From contig JBFWRP010000054.1 of the NCBI GenBank assembly GCA_050248855.1, positions 1 through 10,867 of the forward strand: DNA of 10,867 bases, written 5' to 3'. The position numbers and the translations under genes are program-made. The stretch is from Planctomycetota bacterium. GTDB taxonomy: Bacteria > Planctomycetota > PLA2 > JAEUHO01. The notes below the pieces were generated by a model. The model saw nothing but the letters and a program-made list of their open reading frames with translations. It made no database searches and was not told where the DNA came from. Below, in pieces: positions 1-7,413 of this stretch. Position 1 is the first letter of the stretch. Each line of letters opens with the position of its first letter.

Positions 1-111
1 CCCGACCACGTCGACAAGCAGCAACAACAGCGCACCGCCAACCGCATGGTGAAGAAGCTTCGCGCCATGGGATTCGACGTCGAGCTCAAGGAGGCCGCCA
101 CCGCTGCGTAG
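1..111 (+). CDS. C-terminal fragment of a probable IS110-family transposase/recombinase (5' part outside window)
   Basis: Frame 1 reads PDHVDKQQQQRTANRMVKKLRAMGFDVELKEAATAA* (TAG 109-111). This resembles the C-terminal tail I recall for one IS110 subgroup (..D..D....RT..RLV..L..LG..V.L..AA). No catalytic residues are visible in the window. Confidence 0.72.
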   Translation, partial: PDHVDKQQQQRTANRMVKKLRAMGFDVELKEAATAA

Positions 112-126
112 GGAGTTTCATTGCAG
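1..126 (+). mobile_element. Right portion of a putative IS110-family insertion sequence, ending near ...GGAGTTTCATTGCAG
   Basis: The transposase-like tail is followed by a 15-nt, less GC-rich stretch ending in CAG (124-126), and host-gene sequence begins at that point. The boundary is inferred. Confidence 0.62.
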
Positions 127-1166
127 GGGAAGCGCTCGGCGAGGCGGTCGCAGAGCCAGAGCATGGAAGGCCCGGTGGCATCGTGGACCCCGCCGTGGGT
201 CTCGCTCGGAACCAGGTCGCCCGCGGGCGGAGTCGCCAGCACGCCGTTCACGAAGATCTCGTGGGAGCGCGTGTCACGCGTCCAGAGCGTCGTTCCGCTC
301 GGATCGGTGGCAGGCACGAGATCGACCTGGAACAACGGCACGTTGCGGACGAGATCGCGCAAGACCACGCCGAGCGGATCGTCGCTCATGATCTCGTAGG
401 CGAAGCGCACGACGGGCCAGACGACATCCTTCACGTTGCGGTTGCCGGCATCTGCGGCAACGGCGTCGGCCGACGTGGACACGTCGCGGGGCAGGTGGAA
501 GCCCTGGAACGTCTTGCCCGGCAGGGCATCCCACCACGCCATGAGCTCGCCCTGGTGCTCGCCGTCCCAGCCCGTCTGGACACCATCGAGGGTTACCAGC
601 ACGTGGATGTCGAGGGCGCCCGGGGCGACGCGTCCATCGGCGGCTTCGCAAAGCAGATGCGCCCAGGTGGCGCCGTGGCTGTGGCCGACCACCACGACGC
701 GCGTCGGCACGGTCTGCCCATCCATCCAGCTCTCCGCCGCTTGGCGCAACACGGAGAGCGCCTCGACGAAGCCGAGCTGGTCCAGCCGATCGGGGCGACC
801 GTTGCCATCGGCGTCCGGCGCGCGCAGGCGATCGGCGAAGTGCCGCTCCACGACGGCCACGCCGCGGCCCTCGAAGAACGCACGCAGCTTGGGCCCCGCG
901 CTGCCCGGCACGTCGAGGTACGTCTCGTTGGCCACTGGCGACAACGGGAAGGCCGAGCTGGTGTGGCCGGAGAACGTCATCAGCAAGACGTCCGGCTTGG
1001 CGACGCCGTCGAGGTCCACACCGGGCCCACCTGTCGCACCGGGATCGACAGGCGGCGGGGTTCCCCCATCGCGGCCGCCACCGCCACCGCCACCTCCGCA
1101 GGCCGCCAGCGCCAAGACGAGGAGCAGCGCAGCTGCGCGGACGAAACGAGGCAAGGAGGAGGTCAC
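123..1166 (-). CDS. Lipoprotein alpha/beta-fold hydrolase (~347 aa); native stop apparently lost, frame stays open to the window edge
   Basis: Manual translation: GTG start at 1166 with GGAG RBS 5 nt upstream (1172-1175). MTSSLPRFVRAAALLLVLALAAC gives a LAAC lipobox (Cys 1098-1100), followed by a Gly/Pro linker. Also present: nucleophile elbow VVVVGHSHG (GHSHG 672-686), LVTLDG, and C-terminal ETHGGVHD...WLCDRLAERFP. The end coordinate is the inferred original stop position. Confidence 0.85.
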
Positions 1167-1293
1167 GAGGGCTCCAGGGAACCATGTCCGGGCGCGGATG
1201 CGTGCGCATCGTCGGGGGCGATCGGAGGACGCGCCTGCTTTGACGCCGCCGATGCCAACGGGACGGCGGCCCTGGACACGCGATCCGCAGGCT

Positions 1294-1311
1294 TCCGGAC
1301 GCCGGTCCGGA
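1294..1311. promoter_or_regulatory. Palindrome, possible operator, in the divergent intergenic region
   Basis: TCCGGAC-GCCG-GTCCGGA, a perfect 7-bp inverted repeat about 50 bp upstream of the Fe-S gene start. Confidence 0.3.
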
Positions 1312-1363
1312 GAGGTTACCTGGGTCGCGGCCGGCCGCCTTGGTCGCGCCGTGGAGGTCCCCC

Positions 1364-2032
1364 ATGGCGGACGACGCACCGTTCCTCCCGTGGGAGCACG
1401 TGGGCCAGGAGCCCGTCACGCCGGGCAAGCGCGTGGGCCTGCTCGTGGATCCGCGCCGCTGCGTCGGATGCCACGCCTGCGCCGTCTCCTGCAAGACCGA
1501 GCACGACGTGGCGCTCGGGGGCTTCCGCATCCGGACGCATTACCTGCGCCGCCCGGATCGCGATACGCACCTGTTCTTCCCCATGATGTGCATGCATTGC
1601 CAGGATGCGCCGTGCATCCCCGCGTGCCCCAACGATGCGGTGGTGCGACGCGCGGACGGACGCGTGGACATCGACAAGGACTCCTGCCAGGGCGACACGA
1701 GCTGCATCGCAGCCTGCCCCTACGACGCGATCCACCTGGACCCCCACACGCAGCAGGCCGACAAGTGCAACCTGTGCGCACATCGCACGGACGTCGGCAT
1801 GGTCCCGGCGTGCGTCGAAGTCTGCCCCACCGAGGCGCTGCGCTATGGCGACTTCGGGGACCTGGACAGCCAGGTCTCGCGCATCGCCGACGCGGACGAC
1901 GCCAAGCCCCTGCGCCCGGAGCACGAGACGCGCCCCACGATCGCCTACGTGGGCCTGCAGGCCTGGATGGGCGAAGCCGCCCGCGGCGTGCAGCTGCAGG
2001 ACGGCGAGAACGACATCGTCTACGAGCGCTGA
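1364..2032 (+). CDS. Four-cluster Fe-S electron-transfer subunit (DmsB/NrfC/PsrB-like), 222 aa
   Basis: ATG 1364 with GGAGG RBS at 1353-1357. Cys groups are CVGCHACAVSC, CMHCQDAPCIPACP, CQGDTSCIAACPY and KCNLC...PACVEVCP. No signal peptide. Confidence 0.93.
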   Translation: MADDAPFLPWEHVGQEPVTPGKRVGLLVDPRRCVGCHACAVSCKTEHDVALGGFRIRTHYLRRPDRDTHLFFPMMCMHCQDAPCIPACPNDAVVRRADGRVDIDKDSCQGDTSCIAACPYDAIHLDPHTQQADKCNLCAHRTDVGMVPACVEVCPTEALRYGDFGDLDSQVSRIADADDAKPLRPEHETRPTIAYVGLQAWMGEAARGVQLQDGENDIVYER

Positions 2033-2046
2033 TGCCGGAGCCCACC

Positions 2047-4731
2047 ATGACGCCGTACGACCCGACCCGTCGCGACGTGATCAAGACCACGGCGGCCGCC
2101 ATGGCCCTCGGTGCGCTCGGTGGCACGCTGATGCCGCCCTGGGAGGCCGTGGCCGACGAACCTCCGGCAGGCGACCGCCCGAGCCGGCGCACGATCGACT
2201 ACCGCAAGGCGAAGGCCACGCCGACCGTCTGCTTCGGTTGCACCACCCAGTGCCACGTGCTCGGCTGGGTCCAGGACGGTCGCGTCGTGCGCATCAGCGG
2301 CAACCCGCTGGATCCCAACAGCCACGGCCACATCTGCAGCAAGGCCAACGGCATCGTCCATGGCACCTACTACCCGGGCCGCCTCCTCTATCCCATCCGC
2401 CGCGTCGGCAAGCGCGGCGAAGGCAAGTGGAAGCGCATCACGTGGGACGAGGCGTACACCGAGATCGCCGCGCGGCTGCAGAAGCTGCGTGAAGACGGTC
2501 GCCCGGACAAGTTCGCCATCCAGGTCGGACGCGACAAGACGGCCGGGCTGACCGCGCGGTTCCTGTCCAGCGTCGGCAGCCCCCACGGCTTGAACCGCCG
2601 CTCGATCTGCAGCTCCAACAACCGCCTCGGGACGATGACGTACTACGGCACGATCATGGACTGGGGAGCGCCGGACCTCGCGCGCACGAAGTACGTCCTC
2701 AACTTCGGCAGCAACCTGATGGAGGCGCATCAGGGAGGCTTCGGGGGCATCCAGCGGCTGCAGGAGGCGCGCATCGATCGCGGCGCCAAGCTCGTCACCT
2801 TCGAGGTTCGCCCGAGTGCGACGGCCAGCATCAGCGACGAGTACCACCGCGTCACCGCGGGCAGCGATGGCTGCATCGCCATGGCCATGGCCCACGTGCT
2901 GGTCAAGGAGGGCCTGGCCAAGCGCGCGTTCTGGGACCGCTGGTGCAACATCCCCTTCGCCGAGATCGCCGCCCACGTGGAGCCCTTCACGCCCGAGCTC
3001 GCGGAGCGCGAGTCCGGCGTCGCCGCCGCGACCATCCGCCGGCTCGCTCGCGAGTTCGCGGCGGCCAGCCCCCGCTGTACGACGCTCCTCAACCGCGGCA
3101 TCGCCAAGCACGTGAACGGCATCCACGGCAGCCGCGCGGTGTTCCTCCTGGACATCCTGGTGGGCAACGTCGGCCAGCCCGGCGGCTTCGGCATCGTCAA
3201 CCGCGGGGGCTGGAAGGGCGACTGGGGCCACGAGGGCCTGCCGCTGGTCGGCGAGCCCGGACCGAAGCCGCCCAAGCCGCCTACGTGGAAGCCCGGCATG
3301 GCGTGCTTCGACGAGCTGCCCCAGGACGTGAAGGACGCCTACGAGCGGCTGCCGGACGCCTGGAAGGCGAGGTACCAGGGCGAGCTGATCACGCCCACGC
3401 AGTACCCGCTGGCCTGGCAGTGGCAGGTCATGAAGGTCGGGCAGATGAACTACCCGTGGATCCGCGAGGGACGGGCCAAGATCGACACGCTGTTCACGTA
3501 CTGCTTCAACGGCGCCTACGGCTACCCCGAGGCCAAGGTGTGCCGCGACGTCCTCGCCGACGAGTCGCTGATCCCGTTCCACGTGAGCATCGACATCGCC
3601 TACAGCGAGACGGCGGCGCTCGCGGACATCATCTTGCCGGAGGCGACGGCGCTCGAACGCTGGGACGCGCAGTCGACCAACGCCTGGGACCAAGTGCCGT
3701 TCACGGGCGTGCGCCAGCCGCTCGTGAAGCCGCCGGGCGAATGCAAGAGCGTGTGGTGGATCTACCACGAGCTGGCCAAGCGGCTGGGCCCGGACGTGTT
3801 CCAGTACTGGGACTTCCCGTCGGACGAGAACTACTACAGGCGCTACTACGCGAACCTCCCGATCTCGTGGGAGCAGCTCAAGCGGCAGGGCGTGTGGCAG
3901 CCCGCGGATCGCGAGCCGGACTACGAGCTCTTCGAGCGTCCCCTGACGACGGAGGAGATGGAGGGAGCCTCGATCGACGAGGCGACGGGCCGCGTGACCA
4001 AGGAGATCAAGGGCAAGAAGGAGACCATCGGCATCGTGATGGACGGCAAGCCCGTCCGTGGCTTCCCCTCCCCCAGTCGCAAGATCGAAGTGCGCCAGCC
4101 GATCTTCCAACAAGCCGCGGCCGTCGTCGGTCTCTCCGATCACCCCATCGCCAACCCCTTGCCGACGTGGTTCCCCAATCCCGCGCACGCGGCGATGAAG
4201 AAGGAGGAGCTGCGTTTCGTGACGTTCAAGTGGAACGTGCACACGCAGGGACGTACGGCTCATCACAAGTACCAGGCGGAGATCGTGCACGGGAACCCGA
4301 TCTGGATCGCGCCGGAGACGGCCGCCCGGCTCGGCATCGCCGATGGCGACATGCTCGAGGTCGAGATCCGGCGTCCCGCGGGCCCCGTGTGGAACAGCGA
4401 CCCCTCGCGCACGTGCGGCACGCTCCGGCAGGTCGCGCGCATCGTGCCGGGCGTCTCTCCGGACCTCCTGGCCGTCTCGCACCACCTGGGGCACTGGGAG
4501 TTCGGCCCGCTGGGCGCCGGTCAGCTGAAGGGCACGCCGGGCGGCGAAGCCATGGACCCCGCGTTGCTCGCCGACCGCGACATCCCCGACAACGTGTGGT
4601 GGGCCAAGGAGAAGGGCGGCATCGGCACGGGCGTCCCCCTCAACGACGCGATGCCCATCGCTCCGACGCCGCTCTCCGGCGGCCAGGCCTGGTACGACTG
4701 CGTCTGCACCGTACGCAAGGTTCCAGGCTAG
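2047..4731 (+). CDS. TAT-exported molybdopterin (Mo/W-bisPGD) oxidoreductase catalytic subunit, DMSO reductase superfamily, Psr/Phs/Ttr/Arr-like, ~894 aa
   Basis: ATG 2047 with GGAG at 2037-2040; an alternative ATG at 2032 overlaps the upstream TGA. Twin-arginine motif TRRDVIK followed by a hydrophobic stretch and AVA. FS0 motif C-x2-C-x3-C-x27-C (CFGCTTQC...C, 2230-2337). Family motifs RLLYPIRRVGKRGEGKWKRITWDEA and SETAALADIILPEATALERWD, and a C-terminal dinucleotide-binding domain (IAPETAARLGIADGD). Confidence 0.93.
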   Translation: MTPYDPTRRDVIKTTAAAMALGALGGTLMPPWEAVADEPPAGDRPSRRTIDYRKAKATPTVCFGCTTQCHVLGWVQDGRVVRISGNPLDPNSHGHICSKANGIVHGTYYPGRLLYPIRRVGKRGEGKWKRITWDEAYTEIAARLQKLREDGRPDKFAIQVGRDKTAGLTARFLSSVGSPHGLNRRSICSSNNRLGTMTYYGTIMDWGAPDLARTKYVLNFGSNLMEAHQGGFGGIQRLQEARIDRGAKLVTFEVRPSATASISDEYHRVTAGSDGCIAMAMAHVLVKEGLAKRAFWDRWCNIPFAEIAAHVEPFTPELAERESGVAAATIRRLAREFAAASPRCTTLLNRGIAKHVNGIHGSRAVFLLDILVGNVGQPGGFGIVNRGGWKGDWGHEGLPLVGEPGPKPPKPPTWKPGMACFDELPQDVKDAYERLPDAWKARYQGELITPTQYPLAWQWQVMKVGQMNYPWIREGRAKIDTLFTYCFNGAYGYPEAKVCRDVLADESLIPFHVSIDIAYSETAALADIILPEATALERWDAQSTNAWDQVPFTGVRQPLVKPPGECKSVWWIYHELAKRLGPDVFQYWDFPSDENYYRRYYANLPISWEQLKRQGVWQPADREPDYELFERPLTTEEMEGASIDEATGRVTKEIKGKKETIGIVMDGKPVRGFPSPSRKIEVRQPIFQQAAAVVGLSDHPIANPLPTWFPNPAHAAMKKEELRFVTFKWNVHTQGRTAHHKYQAEIVHGNPIWIAPETAARLGIADGDMLEVEIRRPAGPVWNSDPSRTCGTLRQVARIVPGVSPDLLAVSHHLGHWEFGPLGAGQLKGTPGGEAMDPALLADRDIPDNVWWAKEKGGIGTGVPLNDAMPIAPTPLSGGQAWYDCVCTVRKVPG

Positions 4732-5360
4732 CGCTGGACGGCGGCGACGAGTGCGCGCGCCCGCGCCTGGATGCCGGCGAAGTCGCGGGCAGCCATCAGC
4801 TCGGACGTGAACAGGACGGCGGCGAAGCCCACGCCGAACGCGCCCGCATCGAACCAGGCGCGTGCGTTGTCGGCGTCCACGCCGTTCGTCGGCACGACGC
4901 GCAGGAAGGGCAAGGGGCCGAGCACGGCCCGCAGCCACGAGGGGCCGCCGGCCGGGGCGGGGAAAAGCTTCTGGAGCGGTGCGCCCATGCGGTGCGCGGC
5001 GAGCAGCTCGGTCGGCGTGTGCGCACCCGCGACGAGCGGGACGTCCAGCTCGCGCGCGGCCGTCGCGACCAGCGGGTCGGCAACGGGGGACACGAGGAAG
5101 CGCCCCCCGGCGTCGACGACCGCACGCGCCTGGTCGACCTCGAGCACGGTCCCGGCGCCCACGAGCAGTCCGGGCTCGCGGGCGAAGCGGGCGATCAGGT
5201 CGAGCGCACCCGGCGTGGTGAGCGTGATCTCGAGCGACCGGAAGCCCCCGGCGACGGCGGCCTCCAGCGCCCGCTCGGCCAGGTCCTGGTCGTGCGTGCG
5301 CACGATGGCGCTGGCGCGCGCCTGGGCCAGGTGCGAGATCGTGGCGTCGAGGTTGCCCAT
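4728..5360 (-). CDS. eda: KDPG/KHG aldolase (Eda family), 210 aa
   Basis: Motifs AIVR, LEITLTTPGA, LVGAGTVL, FLVSP, TPTE, Schiff-base KLFPA, GPLP, VPTNGV. Start set at ATG 5360; the longer ORF's N-terminus is a shadow of the opposite gene. Confidence 0.9.
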   Translation of the reverse strand: MGNLDATISHLAQARASAIVRTHDQDLAERALEAAVAGGFRSLEITLTTPGALDLIARFAREPGLLVGAGTVLEVDQARAVVDAGGRFLVSPVADPLVATAARELDVPLVAGAHTPTELLAAHRMGAPLQKLFPAPAGGPSWLRAVLGPLPFLRVVPTNGVDADNARAWFDAGAFGVGFAAVLFTSELMAARDFAGIQARARALVAAVQR

Positions 5361-5428
5361 GGCGGAGGATGCTCCCTGGACGGGCGGGACGTTCCCGCGT
5401 CGACGGTCACGGTATCCGCGGAGTCCAC

Positions 5429-6199
5429 GTGCTCTTCGCTTGGCTCCGCCGTCGTCGCCGCCGCCGCTTGCTCGCGCGCCCGTGGGCCGAGGAGGACCTC
5501 GCCACGCTCGAGTCCTTGCGCTTTGCCGTTCCCGTGCCCGAGGCCTCGAAGGCCCGCTGGCGGGACATCGCGCGCGTGCTCGAGGCGGAGATCCACTGGG
5601 AGGGACGCGGGGGGCTCGAGGTGACACGCGCCATGCGCTTCGCCGTGGCCGGCAGCGCCGCGCGGATGGCCATCGGCCTCCCCGACGGAGCCTTCGATCG
5701 CGTGCGCACCGTGCTGCTGACTCCGGACGACTTCCGGCCGTCCGAGCCCCCCGTGGACGAGCTGGGCATCGTGCACGTCGATGCGCGCCACGTGGGCGAA
5801 GCGTGGCACGAGGGCATCGTGCTCCTCTCCTGGGACGAGGTCGTCGCAGCCTTGGAGGAACCCGGCGTCGGGCAGGACGTGGTGGTCCACGAGTTCGCCC
5901 ACCAGCTCGACCTGGGCGCGGACAGCTGGTTCGACGGCACACCTGATCTGGCCAGTGCCGCCGAGCGCGCCCGCTGGCGCGACGTCATGCAGCGCGAGTA
6001 CGACGCGCTGGTGGCGGCCGTCGGGCGCGGCGCCAAGACGTTCCTCGATCCGTACGGTGCGACCAACCCGAGCGAGTTCTTCGCCGTCGTGAGCGAGGAG
6101 ATCTTCGACCGTCCCCGCGGGCTCGCCGCGCGGCACCCGGAGCTGTACGCGGTGCTCGCCGCGTTCTACGGCCAGGACCCCGCGGCCGCGCTGCCGTAG
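5429..6199 (+). CDS. mtfA: MtfA-like zinc-dependent peptidase (M90 family), 256 aa
   Basis: GTG 5429 with GGAG RBS at 5420-5423. N-terminus MLFAWLRRRRRRRLLARP, then GEAW, LLSWD, HEFAHQLD (HExxH) and DPYGATNPSEFFAVVSE. Confidence 0.88.
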   Translation: MLFAWLRRRRRRRLLARPWAEEDLATLESLRFAVPVPEASKARWRDIARVLEAEIHWEGRGGLEVTRAMRFAVAGSAARMAIGLPDGAFDRVRTVLLTPDDFRPSEPPVDELGIVHVDARHVGEAWHEGIVLLSWDEVVAALEEPGVGQDVVVHEFAHQLDLGADSWFDGTPDLASAAERARWRDVMQREYDALVAAVGRGAKTFLDPYGATNPSEFFAVVSEEIFDRPRGLAARHPELYAVLAAFYGQDPAAALP

Positions 6200-6209
6200 C
6201 ATCCGCACC

Positions 6210-7337
6210 ATGCACACGAGGCCCGGCCGCCTGCTGCTCGTCCCGCTCGTCCTGCTGCTCGCGGCCATGGGCCGCGCCGAGGAGCCACCCATGCCGCGAC
6301 CGACGTCGTCGCTTGACGCGCAGCAGGTCGAGGCGTTCGCCGCCCTGGCGCTCGCCGGCATCCCGCGCGAGTACCCGAACAAGACGGGCCACGTGTACCT
6401 GGACGACAGCTCACCGCGTCCACCGCGGGAAGCGCACCCCGTGTTCTTCGGCTGCTTCGACTGGCACAGCGCCGTGCACGGCCACTGGATGCTTGTGCGC
6501 CTGCTGCGCCTGCACCCGGAGGCGCCCGTTGCCGCGCGCATCGTGGGGCTGCTCGACCGGCAGCTGACGGCGGAGAAGCTCGAGATCGAGGCGGCGTGGT
6601 TCCGACGTCCCGAGAACAAGTCCTGGGAGCGCACGTACGGCTGGGCGTGGTTGCTGCGGCTGGCGCAGGAGCTGCGGACCTGGGACGACCCGCGCGCCGC
6701 GAAGTGGGCGAGGGCCCTGCGGCCGCTCGAGGTGGAGATCGTGCGCCTCGCCAAGGGCTTCCTCCCGGCGTCACGCTGGCCGCTGCGCTCGGGCCTGCAC
6801 ATCGACTCGGCCTTTGCCCTCTCGTTCTTCCTCGACTACGCGCGCGCCGTCGGCGACGCCGAGCTCGAGCGGCTGGCGGTAGATCGGGCACGTGCGTGGT
6901 ACCTGGCCGATCGGGACTACCCCATGCACTACGAGCCCTCGGGCTTCGACTTCTTCTCGTCGGGGCTGAACGAGGCCGACTTGATGCGCCGCGTGCTGGA
7001 CACGAAGGCGTTCTCGGCGTGGTTGGACGGGTTCTTCCCCTCGCTGGCCGACGGCACGCTGGGCCCGCTGCTCGAGCCGGTCGACGTGCCGGACGTCACG
7101 GACGGCCACCTCGTCCACTTGGCGGGACTCGACCTCACGCGCGCGTGGACGATGAACGGCATCGCCGCGGCCCTGCCGCACGATGACCCGCGGGCCGCCA
7201 CGCTCCGCGCCTCGGCGGCGCGCCATGCGAAGCATGGGCTGGCCTACGTCAGCAGCGGCCACTACGAGGGTGAACACTGGCTTGCGACCTTCGCCGTGTA
7301 CCTGCTCACGGACGCGGGATTGCGCGCAGGAGGCTGA
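6210..7337 (+). CDS. DUF2891-like protein with predicted signal peptide, 375 aa
   Basis: Motifs REYPNK, HPVFFGCFDWHSAVHGHW, ERTYGWAWLL, HLVHLAGLDLTRAW and HYEGEHWLATFAVY. Hydrophobic N-terminus. Starts 10 nt after the peptidase stop, so probably co-transcribed. Confidence 0.85.
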   Translation: MHTRPGRLLLVPLVLLLAAMGRAEEPPMPRPTSSLDAQQVEAFAALALAGIPREYPNKTGHVYLDDSSPRPPREAHPVFFGCFDWHSAVHGHWMLVRLLRLHPEAPVAARIVGLLDRQLTAEKLEIEAAWFRRPENKSWERTYGWAWLLRLAQELRTWDDPRAAKWARALRPLEVEIVRLAKGFLPASRWPLRSGLHIDSAFALSFFLDYARAVGDAELERLAVDRARAWYLADRDYPMHYEPSGFDFFSSGLNEADLMRRVLDTKAFSAWLDGFFPSLADGTLGPLLEPVDVPDVTDGHLVHLAGLDLTRAWTMNGIAAALPHDDPRAATLRASAARHAKHGLAYVSSGHYEGEHWLATFAVYLLTDAGLRAGG

Positions 7338-7346
7338 ACCCGTGAT

Positions 7347-7413
7347 GCGGAGCCGCGAAGCGGCGACGCGGGCAGGGGTCGCCGTTCGACGGTCGACGAA
7401 CTTCGATGTCAGA
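7347..7413. repeat. Degenerate, internally deleted copy of the array unit
   Basis: GCGGAGCCGCGAAGCGGCGACGCGGGCAGGGGTCGCCGTTCGACGGTCGACGAACTTCGATGTCAGA aligns to the middle of the unit with two internal deletions. Confidence 0.7.

Noticed and set aside
1240..1245. TTGACG as a sigma70 -35 box
   Set aside because: No recognisable -10 element at 16-18 bp spacing.
436..2031. 1431-aa ORF suggesting a giant fusion molybdoenzyme
   Set aside because: The first ~532 codons are off-frame shadow of the hydrolase and Fe-S genes. The RBS and TAT signal place the real start at 2032 or 2047.
2030..2034. TGA as selenocysteine or read-through fusing the B and A subunits
   Set aside because: The two genes are in different frames, and TGATG is an ordinary stop/start overlap.
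2047..4731. Specific symbol such as arrA, ttrA or psrA
   Set aside because: The motifs are mixed and the expected partner genes are absent; a phylogeny is needed.
2020..5624. Long ORFs 2020-4938 (-) and 2943-5624 (+); likewise 183-1586 (+), 274-1530 (-) and 5195-6802 (-)
   Set aside because: Antisense or off-frame shadows of real genes in high-GC DNA, with no recognisable motifs.
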